Assembly (NCBI GenBank): GCA_043825875.1
Contig: JBDRRF010000031.1
Span: forward strand, 1 to 64,000
Source of the DNA: Pseudomonadota bacterium
GTDB lineage: Bacteria > Desulfobacterota > Desulfobacteria > Desulfobacterales > RPRI01
Reading direction: 5' to 3'
Length of the DNA stretch: 64,000 nucleotides
Shown here: in pieces, positions 37,160-48,278 of the stretch
Position numbering within the stretch: the stretch's first letter is position 1
Layout of the letters: the number at the start of each line of letters is the position of its first letter
Program-made: the position numbers and the translations under genes
The notes under the pieces: generated by a model
What the model was told of the DNA's origin: nothing
What the model saw: only the letters and a program-made list of their open reading frames with translations
Databases searched by the model: none

Positions 37160-39316
37160 TCATTTGCAAAGTTCATACTTGACGGCAACCCCCATTTCTT
37201 TGATGGTATATGGTTTCTTTATATACGTGCCTGCACCCAACTCCTGGGTAGCCTTAACCCTGTGTGTTTCTGAAAATCCGCTAACTATAATTGCTTTTTG
37301 TCCCGGATTTATTTCCGAAATTTTCTGATATGTAACCAGCCCGTCAATTCCAGGCTCCATAATCATGTCTAAAATCAGCAAATCGGCTTTGTTATCTTTC
37401 AGATATTCAACAGCTTTTTCACCACTTGAAACAGAATTTACTGAATAACCAAGTTTAGTTAATATTTCAGTAGCGATTTCAAGCTGTTGTTTCACATCAT
37501 CCACAATCAAAATCGACTCCCCTTTTCCCATATAATCTTCAATGAAATTATTAGAAATGTTTTCTGTGAATGATTCGCGTGTCATTGGTAAGTATAGCGT
37601 AATTGTGGTTCCTTTTCCAACTATGCTTTGAACATCGATATACCCTTTATGGTCAATAACGGTTCCCCATACTACCGCCATACCAAGGCCTGTTCCACTC
37701 CTTCCCATTTTCTTTTTTGTGTAAAATGGTTCAAATATTTTTTCTATGTGTTCCTCAGGAATTCCTATTCCATCATCGCTGACCTTTAAAACAGCATAGT
37801 CTCCTTCGTTAACAATATCAAAACGTTTGATTGGTCTGTCTATATATTGATTATCAACTGATATTGTAATTGTCCCTCTATGGTCTATTGCTTCGGCGGC
37901 ATTTGATACCAAATTCATTATGGTTTTTGACAGATGAACAGGTGAGCCCATAATATTGAACAAATCAGGCTTATGAAAAGTTTTAATTTCAATATCAGGA
38001 TAGAATAATTTTAGTTTCTTATACTCGGCGCTATCCAGATAGTCTTTTACAATATCATTAAGATTTACTATCTCATTTACTACAACGCCTCTGCGTGCCA
38101 AAGTCAACAAATCCTGAACTATAGCAGCCGCTTTCTCTCCGGATTGTTGAATGGTTATTATCTGTTTTCTTAGTGGGCTTTCTTCTTCAAGGTCCAATAA
38201 TATCAGCTCAGGATAATTTATAATAGCACTTAAAATATTGTTGAGATCATGTGCAACACCACCGGCCAGTATACCAATGGCTTCTATCTTCTCCGAACGC
38301 CGTAATTGCAATAACAATTTCTCTTTTTCCTCAAGCGCCTTATTGCGGAACGTTATATCTCTGTCGAAAGTCAGAACATACTTTTTATTTCCAAGTTCAA
38401 GCATGCTGGAATTGCTTTCAACCGTAAACAGGCTGCCATCTTTCCGATAATGTTGAACTTCTACATCAATCCGGTTACCTTTAAACAGGCATTGAGTTAT
38501 ATTAGGTATTTTATTTGCGGTATCAGGGGTGTTTAAATCTATTATGTTTAATTTTAAAAGTTGATCAACAGTATAACCGTGCATAATAGCCGCAGCTCTG
38601 TTTGCAGCAACAATTTTACCGGGATTTTTGCCTTCGGCTTCAATTAAAAAAATTGCTTCAGCAGCATTTTCGAATAGCATTCGATAACGTTTCTCGCTAT
38701 CTTTAAGCTCTTTTTCAATAACTTTTCTCTCTTCCATTTCCGCCAGTAGTCGTTTGTTCGTTTGCAATAGTGCTTGAGTTTTATCTATGATTCTATTTTC
38801 CAAAGTTTTACGGGTTTCTATAAGTTCACGCTCAACTTGCCATTTGGAACAAAGAGCAAATGCAAACTGGCAAATTTCCTGTGAGGAAAAAGGTTTTTGA
38901 ATAAAAAGCAGCTTATGGTCAGGCGGAATGAGCTGAACAATATTTTGGGGCAAACTGTTGGTATCTGCCGTAACAATTACGATCTCAATATCAGGATCCA
39001 ATACCCTGATCTGCTGGGCTGTTGAAATGCCATCTATACCCGGCGGCATTCGAATATCAAGAAATGCTAAAGCGAAAGGAAGCTTTTCTTCAAGAGATTT
39101 TTTTACAGCCTCAACAGCTTCATCTCCCTGGCGGCAAGTTATTAGATCGAATAATTTTATTGTGTTGTTTGGAGTGTTTCCTACGGAAAGACTATCCCCT
39201 GCTGTTTCTGCCTTTGAAGAAAGAAATTCACTTATTTCATCGGAAGACAATATCTGTCTGTATAACTCCAATGTATATAGTTCATCGTCTGCTGCAAGTA
39301 TTTTAAAGGTTTTCAT
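37160..39316 (-). CDS. Hybrid sensor histidine kinase (REC-PAS-HisKA-HATPase-REC)
   Basis: LDIRMPPG, AHDLNN H-box, NLVSNA, DDGIG, FEPFYTKK, GTGLG, LDMIM; start MKTFK at 39316. Confidence 0.93.
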   Translation of the reverse strand: MKTFKILAADDELYTLELYRQILSSDEISEFLSSKAETAGDSLSVGNTPNNTIKLFDLITCRQGDEAVEAVKKSLEEKLPFALAFLDIRMPPGIDGISTAQQIRVLDPDIEIVIVTADTNSLPQNIVQLIPPDHKLLFIQKPFSSQEICQFAFALCSKWQVERELIETRKTLENRIIDKTQALLQTNKRLLAEMEERKVIEKELKDSEKRYRMLFENAAEAIFLIEAEGKNPGKIVAANRAAAIMHGYTVDQLLKLNIIDLNTPDTANKIPNITQCLFKGNRIDVEVQHYRKDGSLFTVESNSSMLELGNKKYVLTFDRDITFRNKALEEKEKLLLQLRRSEKIEAIGILAGGVAHDLNNILSAIINYPELILLDLEEESPLRKQIITIQQSGEKAAAIVQDLLTLARRGVVVNEIVNLNDIVKDYLDSAEYKKLKLFYPDIEIKTFHKPDLFNIMGSPVHLSKTIMNLVSNAAEAIDHRGTITISVDNQYIDRPIKRFDIVNEGDYAVLKVSDDGIGIPEEHIEKIFEPFYTKKKMGRSGTGLGMAVVWGTVIDHKGYIDVQSIVGKGTTITLYLPMTRESFTENISNNFIEDYMGKGESILIVDDVKQQLEIATEILTKLGYSVNSVSSGEKAVEYLKDNKADLLILDMIMEPGIDGLVTYQKISEINPGQKAIIVSGFSETHRVKATQELGAGTYIKKPYTIKEMGVAVKYELCK

Positions 39317-39978
39317 GTTATGCTCCCATGCAATCTTTATTGAAAGATATTTATATAACAAAAAAAAACTTTAAGACAAATAAATCCTTTTCAAAAAAAA
39401 TGGCATTCAAAGTTGAACTCTTTTTTATCAATTTGTATTTTTTAATAAAAGAATCAGTTAATCTTTTTATGGTACATAAAAAAACAATAAATATTTTCTA
39501 CAAATAAAATCAGAAGGAAATAGTCATACAATCTTTCAAATAATCCACAAGAAAATATTGACTATTTTGTTTTATAATTGTAGTCAATTTCAAGTCATTC
39601 TCACATCTAATTTTTTATAGTTATTCAATATGATACAAGAAAACTATTTACTTCAAGCACTTAATTGGTCAAAAAAACTCAACAAAAATGGGGAAAAGCT
39701 GGTGGGCTCAAAAACCCGGCGTGTGCACAAAACTTTTTTATTCCGTATTTGCTGATTTTCAAAGAGGCGGATAAATTCTATCACAAAATATTTGTTACAT
39801 ACTCTATGCGGGCTGGATAGCAGGAAAATTCTGATCTGTCCTGAGTTTATCCTGACTGCATCAGTAATAATATTTAAACCTTGTTTTATATTAAACTCTG
39901 ACTAAAAGAAAGGAGGTAACTAAAATTTAGAGTGAATGACAGTTTTTGATCTTTTAACATATTAGGGGAGGAAAGAAT

Positions 39979-41664
39979 ATGAAGAATAAGAGTATGTTTT
40001 TTATGGTGATTGTTACGATTGCAGCAGCTCTTTTCCTTAACTATGCTACCGAGGTAATAGCTGGTGAAAGCTTATTGGGGGATAAGGTAAGTATAACCGG
40101 ATTTATCGAGAACCAGACAGCCCTTCGCCTGGAAAACGGGGTAAATGATGATTACCAGCTTTCCAGAATGCGAAACACTTTACAGGTGGAAGGTGCAGTA
40201 AATATCACTGACTGGCTGAAGTTTAATACAATTGCAAGAGGATATTTCGATGCCGTTTATGAACTGGATCATACTATAAATGATTCGCCCAAACACAGGG
40301 CCAAGGTTCCTGAAGGACGCCACAATGAGTCATTATATGGCGACCGGAATATGGAGCAGGAAGTTGATTTGCGTGAATATTATTTTCGTGCTTTTTTCAA
40401 AAACTCTACTCTTAAAATAGGTAGGCAGCAGATAGTATGGGGGGAAGCGGATCTTTTCAGAATGTCTGATATCATTAATCCTCTGGATTTAAGCGCCGGA
40501 GGAACTTTTGTGCAGGATCTTGAAAATGTTAGGGTTCCCTTAAGAGCAATTGATTTTGTTCATGAGGTTCCCAACCAGCATGGTTTCAAGATTGAACTTG
40601 TTGCTATTCCCGAAGATTTCAGGCCAAACACTCTGTCTGCTCCGGGGGGAAACTGGGATCCTTTTTATGCTACCACACCTGACATAAATCTTGCAACATT
40701 TGCGCCTGCAGCCTGGCCACCGCCACCTCTAATTTTAGCGCCTCTTAATATAAATTGGAATAGGCAAGACATTGCCAATGCTCTAATCCAGGGCATGGAA
40801 CGTGACTTGAATGATTTTCAGGATGACAGCCATTTTCAAGGCGGTGCCAGACTGAGGGCAAGGTTTGGAGATTGGGACGGTTCAATGTTTTACTATTATT
40901 CGCGTGCTCAGGATGCGGTAATGACTCTTGATCGTAATGCCGAGGCTTTGGTGGAAGTAGCCACTAACTCGGCTCATCCCGCTTATAATCCTACTCTTAT
41001 ACACGGAATTGCGGCTATAGGGCCTTCTTTTGTCGGATCATCTCTTCATTTTTACTGGCCGAAAGTTCAGAATATCGGAATAACATTTAATGTCCCGGAA
41101 TCTCTAACCGATTCAATAATCAGGTTTGAATCCGCTTACACAATTGATCAGCCTTTTACAGTGGATTCACCAAATCAATGGGTTATCGGAATGCAAAGCA
41201 TGCTTGATCCATCGGGTTTATTAATATTTCCTGACACAGAATATACGGAAAAAGATGTTTTTGCATATATGATCGGCTTTGATCGCCCCACATTTATATC
41301 AGCCTTAAATCGTGACAAAACATTTTTTATTTCCGGGCAGTTATATCAAAAATTCGTAATTAATGCGGCGGACGGAATGAAAACCGGTTTGGGCCGGGAG
41401 GGCTACAGCAAACAGCAGACAATGGTTACACTGCTTATAAACAGTGAATATTTTGACGGAAGAATCACACCGGAAGTGCTCGGGGCTTATGATTTCAGCG
41501 CAAAAGCCGGGCTGACAAGAGCCACACTTACCTATAGTCCGACTTACAGGGCAAGCATAGCCTTAGGAGGAATATGGCTATATGCAAGAGAAAATACCGC
41601 GGCAATGGTCGGTCCCTTTCAGCGTGATGACGAAATTTTTCTTCATCTCAAATACACATTTTAA
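39979..41664 (+). CDS. DUF1302-family outer-membrane protein
   Basis: Signal peptide, LREYY, GRQQIVWGEAD..DIINPLD, C-terminal KYTF. Confidence 0.8.
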   Translation: MKNKSMFFMVIVTIAAALFLNYATEVIAGESLLGDKVSITGFIENQTALRLENGVNDDYQLSRMRNTLQVEGAVNITDWLKFNTIARGYFDAVYELDHTINDSPKHRAKVPEGRHNESLYGDRNMEQEVDLREYYFRAFFKNSTLKIGRQQIVWGEADLFRMSDIINPLDLSAGGTFVQDLENVRVPLRAIDFVHEVPNQHGFKIELVAIPEDFRPNTLSAPGGNWDPFYATTPDINLATFAPAAWPPPPLILAPLNINWNRQDIANALIQGMERDLNDFQDDSHFQGGARLRARFGDWDGSMFYYYSRAQDAVMTLDRNAEALVEVATNSAHPAYNPTLIHGIAAIGPSFVGSSLHFYWPKVQNIGITFNVPESLTDSIIRFESAYTIDQPFTVDSPNQWVIGMQSMLDPSGLLIFPDTEYTEKDVFAYMIGFDRPTFISALNRDKTFFISGQLYQKFVINAADGMKTGLGREGYSKQQTMVTLLINSEYFDGRITPEVLGAYDFSAKAGLTRATLTYSPTYRASIALGGIWLYARENTAAMVGPFQRDDEIFLHLKYTF

Positions 41665-41739
41665 TGATCAACTGCTATTTGTTTGAGGCTTATGGGTTAA
41701 GTATTAATTAGGCTTTATAAGAATTTACGGAGGTAGGAT

Positions 41740-43056
41740 ATGTCAAAAAAACTTTTTATAAGCAGTATGCTTGCTTTGTTGATGATGTTTGTTCATCAAA
41801 GTAGTTGGGGCGAAGGCACAGGTTTACCTAAAGCTCCGAATTGGTCTTTCGGGGCGGAAATCCCTATCTTTAAGGAATTGGGGGTTACCTACAAAGGCCC
41901 GGCTAACGGTCCTAACCCGGCGATAGAAAATGCGAAGATCATAAATTCATGGGGCTACAAGGCCAAACCTATAGAGGAAATAAAGGATTTATTGCCGGAA
42001 GAATTCTATGAAGTTCTTAAAAATCCCAAAAAGTGGGGTGATTTCAGGATCAATGAAATCGCCGATATCCCCATTCCCACCAAAGGCACTCTGTATGAAA
42101 AATACTTGGCATTGACGGAAAAATATAAGGGTACATGTACATTGGATGCTAGGGGACAGTTGCAAAACTACGTTGGTGGCCGCCCCTTTCCCGGTGCCGA
42201 TCCTGAAAAAGATGTCATGAAATTGATGTGGAATTGGGAAAAGACGTATTATCGCGATGATATGCCAGCCGGGTTTTTGGCATCCAATATTGACGCATCA
42301 GGATTTACGCGAAATGCCTTTGCTGAAAAGTTGGTGATGCGTTTTGATACCAGGCTGGAAGCCGATCCAAACCCCCTTTACAAACCCAATCCCAAAGGTA
42401 TCGATAATATCCTAGCTTATGGTTATTCCGCCCCATACAATGTCGCCGGTATGATCCAGCTCACTTACCGGTATTATGATCCTGACAAGGAAGATGATAC
42501 ATGGATGTATATTCCGGCCATGCGAAGGGTGCGACGGATGTCAACGGCCCAAAGACAGGACCGGATGCCTGCCGGCATGAACTTCATCTACGATACCAAC
42601 GAAGGTTTCCAGGGAAAGCTGGCGCGCTGGCATTGGAAATACTTGGGGAAAAAGGTTATGCTTTCTCCTGCCAATGGTACGACCCAGCTTCAGATAGATC
42701 TGAAAGGTCATATGACAGGGGTGGATAACCGCTACTACCGCACAACCATGTATATAGTTGAAGGTACGCCGGAAAAGGCTATTACCGTTAGTAAAATCAA
42801 GCTGTATATTGATTCCGAACGCTTACTGATTCCTTATGCCGTCAACTACGATGTCAAGGGGAGACCCTGGTTTTTTCAATATTACGGCTATTCCCCCGAT
42901 GGCAAATGGATTCCCTGTCCTTACAACATGTTCTCAATCGACTTACAAAGAACTTACAGCACCCGGGCACTTCTTACTTCAACTGATTTTAATTTGGGTA
43001 TGAAACCGGAAGATTTCAGTATGGAAGTACTGAAGCGAAAATATCAGCAACGTTAA
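41740..43056 (+). CDS. DUF1329-family periplasmic protein
   Basis: Signal peptide, GRPFP, MWN, DDTWMYIPAMRRVRR. Confidence 0.85.
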   Translation: MSKKLFISSMLALLMMFVHQSSWGEGTGLPKAPNWSFGAEIPIFKELGVTYKGPANGPNPAIENAKIINSWGYKAKPIEEIKDLLPEEFYEVLKNPKKWGDFRINEIADIPIPTKGTLYEKYLALTEKYKGTCTLDARGQLQNYVGGRPFPGADPEKDVMKLMWNWEKTYYRDDMPAGFLASNIDASGFTRNAFAEKLVMRFDTRLEADPNPLYKPNPKGIDNILAYGYSAPYNVAGMIQLTYRYYDPDKEDDTWMYIPAMRRVRRMSTAQRQDRMPAGMNFIYDTNEGFQGKLARWHWKYLGKKVMLSPANGTTQLQIDLKGHMTGVDNRYYRTTMYIVEGTPEKAITVSKIKLYIDSERLLIPYAVNYDVKGRPWFFQYYGYSPDGKWIPCPYNMFSIDLQRTYSTRALLTSTDFNLGMKPEDFSMEVLKRKYQQR

Positions 43057-43134
43057 TAAAATTCGGGGCAAATCCGGGGAAATTCCGCAGATTTGCTCCA
43101 CAAAGCTAATCGCGAAATTTAAAACCATATCATG

Positions 43135-43276
43135 GAGCCAGTTTCAAAACGCCCCATTTTGGCCGATCTCTGCGTTGAGCTCAAATTTCAATCCTCGAAA
43201 TACTAAATGTATTCCTGTGGGTGAAATTTTCTCCCGCCTTGAGCTTGACCAAACTGAAACGTTTTGAAAGTGGCTC
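43135..43276 (-). mobile_element. MITE-A copy 5
   Basis: Same TIRs; direct repeat CATG. Confidence 0.9.
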
Positions 43277-43303
43277 CATGTTATAAGAATTATTCAATAT
43301 ATC

Positions 43304-43435
43304 GAGGCAATTGCATAACGTTTTGTCATGCCCGAATGTTTTTGTCGGGCATCCATGATTTCAGTCAGTTACAAACTGGATTCCCACCCAGAAACGTTGC
43401 GGGAATGACAGAATAGGAAGTTTTGCAATTGGCTC
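43304..43435. mobile_element. MITE-B containing REP-type hairpins
   Basis: TIRs GAGGCAATTGCATAAC / GTTTTGCAATTGGCTC; direct repeat TATC; internal GTCATGCCCG..CGGGCATCCA and TGGATTCCC..GGGAATGAC. Confidence 0.75.
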
Positions 43436-43464
43436 TATCTATCTCTTATTAATGGGAGGAACAG

Positions 43465-44523
43465 GTGGATAGTCCAAAGAAGTTCAAAGCAGTTAAGGTT
43501 GTAATCGTCGCCATATGCGCGATATTTATTTGTTTTATTACGGCAACAGGCGTATTCCCCGTAAATAATAAAAACGGAGCCCCGGAAGCCGTACCCTTCA
43601 ATCAGAGACTTTATCTGTATAATTTCTATGGACTATCAGCAGTAGTCGGAGGTCATATATGGGCGGCAGGCGCTTTTGGAACTATAATTTACTCCGGGGA
43701 TGGCGGGGAGACATTTCACAGGCAAGCATCCGGAATAAAATCGGAAATTTTTGATATAACTTTTCTTGATAGCGATAACGGCTATGCAGTTGGCCGTTTC
43801 GGGGTGATTCTTAATACAGTTGACGGAGGACATACGTGGACCCGTCAAGAAAGTGGTGTTACCAACACTCTTAGCAGCATTTGTTTTATAAACACAACTA
43901 CAGGTTGGATTGCGGGCGGATTTAACACTATATTGCATACCAAAGACGGCGGTAAAACCTGGGAGAAGATGGGGGAAAAGGTGGACAGGATGCTAAACCG
44001 CATATTTTTTGCCGATGCAAATCATGGTTGGGCAGTTGGAGAGTTCGGAACGATTTTAAAAACTACAGATGGCGGAACCAATTGGACCGAAACTAAAAAT
44101 CCTGAAGGGAAAAATCTTTTCGGTCTGTATTTTAATGATGCAACAAATGGATGGGCTGTTGGAATGGATGGTTGCATCATTACCACAAAAGATGGCGGAA
44201 CCAATTGGGAGATCACAAAAACGCCGGCAAATGAAACTCTCTATGGGATAACTATGAACGGCAAGAAGGGTTGTGCTGTTGGAATAAAAGGGATTTACTT
44301 CATCACGGAAGATGGAGGAGAAACCTGGGACATATCTCCTTATGATATCGGTGTGAGATCATGGCTGGGAGCAATAAAGTTTATTGATGAACAAAATGGT
44401 TTTGTATGCGGCGGTGGCGGAACAATCAAATTAACAAAAGACGGCGGTAAGACCTGGAATAGCCCGAAAGCCCTGTATCAGGATGAAGGTGTCTGCAATT
44501 TACCGGATAGGAAAAACACATAA
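43465..44523 (+). CDS. YCF48/BNR-repeat beta-propeller protein
   Basis: Multiple GWAVG..G.IL.T.DGG.TW repeats. Confidence 0.9.
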   Translation: MDSPKKFKAVKVVIVAICAIFICFITATGVFPVNNKNGAPEAVPFNQRLYLYNFYGLSAVVGGHIWAAGAFGTIIYSGDGGETFHRQASGIKSEIFDITFLDSDNGYAVGRFGVILNTVDGGHTWTRQESGVTNTLSSICFINTTTGWIAGGFNTILHTKDGGKTWEKMGEKVDRMLNRIFFADANHGWAVGEFGTILKTTDGGTNWTETKNPEGKNLFGLYFNDATNGWAVGMDGCIITTKDGGTNWEITKTPANETLYGITMNGKKGCAVGIKGIYFITEDGGETWDISPYDIGVRSWLGAIKFIDEQNGFVCGGGGTIKLTKDGGKTWNSPKALYQDEGVCNLPDRKNT

Positions 44524-44589
44524 AGTAAAACTTGGCATTAATCGACTTAAAATGGATCGGAGTATATTTTACAGGAGGTATCAGGGAAC

Positions 44590-46995
44590 ATGAGCCAAAA
44601 AGAGCGTATTACTTTAGAAGAACGAATGCTTGTATGGGTGGACTGGCTTGCACGATTTGTGGTGCGGAAAAAATTTTATATTGCCTGCATTAATATTGCC
44701 GTGACAGCTTTTTTCCTCTATCAGGCTTCTCATGTTCCCCTTCGCACCTATTTTCCTGATCTATTGCCGGGTCAGCATGCCTTCGTTAAGTTATTAAAAA
44801 AATATTCCGGTTTCGGAGGAACAAATCAGATTTTAATAGAGATTCGTGCCAAAAATGGAACAATTTTCAATAAAAAATCTCTCAATAAAATAATCAAGAT
44901 AAGTGACGAATTACTTCTTTTCCCGGGCATTGACCGAAACAAAATTATCTCTATTGGAGTAAGCAAGATTAAAAACTTCAAGGTTAGCTCCTGGGGGTTG
45001 GAATTCCCCTCTTTGATGTTTCCTGAACCACCGGCTACAGAAGAGGAAATGGAAGATCTGAAGCGCAATATTTATTCAAACACCCTGTATTTTGGCAAAC
45101 TGGTTTCTTTGGATTCAAAAGCGGCCATTATCACAGCTGGGTTTTTTGAAGAGGGTGTTGATTGCGATGTGATTTATGACAAAATCCAGCTAATAAAAAA
45201 GAAGTATGAAGATGAAAACGATGAGATTTTTGTCGTAGGCGAACCATATCTTTATGGTGTTATAAGTCATTATATCGGCCAGACTTTTAAGGTATTTATT
45301 ATAACGGGTATTGCCATCTTTTTAACAGCACTGCTTTATACTTCAAGTTTGCGCCTTGTACTACTCCCTTTTTTTTCAGCTGGAATCTGCGCCATTTGGG
45401 GAATCGGTTTTATCGGTTTCTGGGGTTATAATCTTGACCCCTTGATTCTTGTTGTGCCGCTGCTCTTATGCACAAGGGCACTTAGCCATTCTATGCAATT
45501 TAACTGGAGAATTAACGAAGAATATGCGGATGTGGGAGATATGCCGACCGCGGTTGCCAATACTATCAGGGGACTTTTTTATCCCGGCGTGTCGGGTATC
45601 ATTACAGATAGTTTTAGCATCCTGCTAATTGCTTTTGTCCCCATTCCCATTATGCAAAAACTTGGTATTATTTGTTTTTGCTGGGCCATGAGCATGATTG
45701 TAGTGTGTTTGATTCAAGACCCGGTTCTTTATCTATATCTTCCCTTCTCGGCGGAAAAGAATCGCAAGTGGAGAGATAAGAAACGAAGCGGCTGGCTTGA
45801 TCGGGCAATGGGAAAAGTGGCGGCTTGCAGCCAGGGAAAGGGGCTCTATGTTATAATAGTATTGTCAGTTACCTTAGTACTTGTTGCAGGATGGTACTCG
45901 CAGAGGGTCGAAGTTGGAGATATTTATCCTGGCACTCCCATTCTGCGAGCCAATTCGCCATACAATAAGGCATGCGGAGTGCTTGCAAGAGATTTTCCCG
46001 GTTCAATGGATCCTCTTATCATTGTTGCCAGTGGTAATAGGGAAAAAGGACTTGCCGACAGAGATTTAATGGAAAAGATATCGGAATTTCAATTTTATTT
46101 GATGCAAAATCCTTTGATCGAGGGGACTTCTTCCGTTTCCGACTTAATTAAGAACATGCAAATGAAGTACCAGGAAAATGATCCTAAGCAATACGTGTTA
46201 CCTGATAGTGATGCAGGTGTTGCGGCTGTCATGTTTTTAATGATGGGCGGAGGGGCAGAGCCGGGCGATTTTGATCAATACTATTCCGAACAATTGTCAG
46301 CAGCAAGTCTTGTGGCTTATTGCAAGGATCACACGGCTAAAACCATAAACAATGTTTTAAAGTATTGCCGTGATTTTATAGACTGTAATAAAGATAAAAA
46401 TATCCGGTTTGACTTGGCGGCAGGAATTATCGGCGTGGTTGCCGCCACCAATGATGCTGTTGCAAGAGATCAGATATTGCTGAGCGTAGCCGCTTTTGCT
46501 CTTACCTTCATATGTGTCAGCTTCTTTTTTCAATCCTTTGTTCCGGGCGCTATATTAATGATACCTCTTTTTGTGTCCAACCTTGCTGTATTTGGCTATA
46601 TGGGTATAGCCGGTCTTAGCCTTAATCTTCAAACTCTGGCGATCCCGCCCATTGCTGTCGGCATCGGAGTAGATTATGGTATTTATCTTTTCAGCCGGAT
46701 CAGGGAAGAAACCAACCGCCTGCAATCTTTTGAATTGGGGATAACGGAAGCAGTGCGTACCGCTGGTAATGCCGTTACCATTACTGCCTTGCTCATCATT
46801 GTGGGAGTTATTTTCTGGGTAATATCAGAAATCAAATTTCAGGCAGATATGGGATTACTGCTGGCTGTTGTAACTTTCTTTCATCTTTTGTGTACACTTT
46901 TCTTGCTTCCCGTACTTGTAAGGATAATAAAACCTAAAATTATCATGAATTGCCTGGCCTCTGGAAATGCTTGTGAAAATGTGGTTTTGAAATAA
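44590..46995 (+). CDS. RND/MMPL-family transporter
   Basis: Two membrane halves with large loops; GIGVDYGIY, KFQADMG. Confidence 0.88.
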   Translation: MSQKERITLEERMLVWVDWLARFVVRKKFYIACINIAVTAFFLYQASHVPLRTYFPDLLPGQHAFVKLLKKYSGFGGTNQILIEIRAKNGTIFNKKSLNKIIKISDELLLFPGIDRNKIISIGVSKIKNFKVSSWGLEFPSLMFPEPPATEEEMEDLKRNIYSNTLYFGKLVSLDSKAAIITAGFFEEGVDCDVIYDKIQLIKKKYEDENDEIFVVGEPYLYGVISHYIGQTFKVFIITGIAIFLTALLYTSSLRLVLLPFFSAGICAIWGIGFIGFWGYNLDPLILVVPLLLCTRALSHSMQFNWRINEEYADVGDMPTAVANTIRGLFYPGVSGIITDSFSILLIAFVPIPIMQKLGIICFCWAMSMIVVCLIQDPVLYLYLPFSAEKNRKWRDKKRSGWLDRAMGKVAACSQGKGLYVIIVLSVTLVLVAGWYSQRVEVGDIYPGTPILRANSPYNKACGVLARDFPGSMDPLIIVASGNREKGLADRDLMEKISEFQFYLMQNPLIEGTSSVSDLIKNMQMKYQENDPKQYVLPDSDAGVAAVMFLMMGGGAEPGDFDQYYSEQLSAASLVAYCKDHTAKTINNVLKYCRDFIDCNKDKNIRFDLAAGIIGVVAATNDAVARDQILLSVAAFALTFICVSFFFQSFVPGAILMIPLFVSNLAVFGYMGIAGLSLNLQTLAIPPIAVGIGVDYGIYLFSRIREETNRLQSFELGITEAVRTAGNAVTITALLIIVGVIFWVISEIKFQADMGLLLAVVTFFHLLCTLFLLPVLVRIIKPKIIMNCLASGNACENVVLK

Positions 46996-47120
46996 GGATA
47001 ATCTCATTTATCCGACTGAAGAAAGAATCACCAACTACCAGCATAGATAGTGGTTTAATGAAAGACAATTAAAATATCATTATCAATGGAAGTATTATAC
47101 CAAACAATAAGGAGGGGCCT

Positions 47121-47930
47121 GTGAAATTTGAAAAAAACCGTTTTAACTATTCCGTCGACTCCATTGAGCGCTCCATTGTTATGGACAACCCTATAGGCAA
47201 CATATCGCCAAAAACAAAACAAAAACTATACAAGGACGCAATAGCAAAGTTATCAAAATATCCTGAGCTGGAGAAACTCATCGATATACGGCACATCCGT
47301 ACCTACCCCTTTGAAGGTGTAAAAAACTTTGTCAGAGCAGGCGCTCTGCCCAGCAAAATTGTTATTAGTGATCAAAGAATCAAGGATATGTGCCGAAACC
47401 CTTTTTGGTTTAGTCTTCCAAATGATGATGGAACTCAGGGTGAAATGAGATTTGAACCTTGTCCGTTTCTGAAAATACATTCATCATGCCCTTACCATTC
47501 TTCACTGTCAGCAGAGAAAGTTCGCGCTAAACTTGATAAATCGGATATACTTATTGTTATACAGACAAAACTCTTTAACCAAATTGATATACCTCCTTAT
47601 CAGTTCCCCATTCTTCATAAGTTAACAAAAGAGATCAAGAACATACTTGGCCCGAAGTCTGTTGTGCAAAAATTTGGTTGCGGGCATTGCAGGGCATGTA
47701 AGAAACCATGCCTCGGCAACGGAGATTGTCGTAGTCCCGAGTTGCAAATTTCTTCCTTTGAATCACAAGGTATTGCAGTTGGACAACTAACAAGGGATCT
47801 GGCTTTATTTTCCGGTAATAAAGCTTGGGAAGTCAAGTTTCTTAAGCATTTTGGAATGCCGAATATGACACCAAAGAAATGGAAATATTCAATCGGTCTG
47901 TCGATAAAACTCCCTGGCAATGGAAAGTAA
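47121..47930 (+). CDS. DUF2284-like metal-binding protein
   Basis: SCP, GCGHCRAC..C...CRSPE..SFESQGI. Confidence 0.6.
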   Translation: MKFEKNRFNYSVDSIERSIVMDNPIGNISPKTKQKLYKDAIAKLSKYPELEKLIDIRHIRTYPFEGVKNFVRAGALPSKIVISDQRIKDMCRNPFWFSLPNDDGTQGEMRFEPCPFLKIHSSCPYHSSLSAEKVRAKLDKSDILIVIQTKLFNQIDIPPYQFPILHKLTKEIKNILGPKSVVQKFGCGHCRACKKPCLGNGDCRSPELQISSFESQGIAVGQLTRDLALFSGNKAWEVKFLKHFGMPNMTPKKWKYSIGLSIKLPGNGK

Positions 47931-48107
47931 ACATAAAAGAGTTCCAAACAATAATAAAAGGAGAAATTATGAATGACGTGAGGCAATAGGTATCACGTCT
48001 TGAATAGTTAATTATTACAGATTGGAAAAGTAATATGTTCCGAAAGGCATATTTGCAATTAGGCTATGAATATCTCTGGCCCTTAGTACTCCATTTCACA
48101 ATCCCGA

Positions 48108-48183
48108 TGTCATATCGAACGGAGGAGGGAGCTTTTACCGGTTATAGTATCCATAAGGATTTCTTACTTCGTTCGAAATAACA
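48108..48183. repeat. Degenerate REP-like palindrome
   Basis: TGTCATATCGAACG..CGTTCGAAATAACA, same family as 19489-19522. Confidence 0.55.
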
Positions 48184-48278
48184 AATACTCACCCGAATTA
48201 AGGTAAATGCTATATAAAGACTGATCAAATGAGTAACGACATCATATATAGTTGTTTCAGAAAATTTGAGAGGTAAAA

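Noticed and set aside
43064..43115. GGCAAA..GAAA..CAAAGC resembling a c-di-GMP-I riboswitch
   Set aside because: Folds better as one hairpin (GGGGCAAATC/GATTTGCTCC) right after a stop codon; second riboswitch stem not evident
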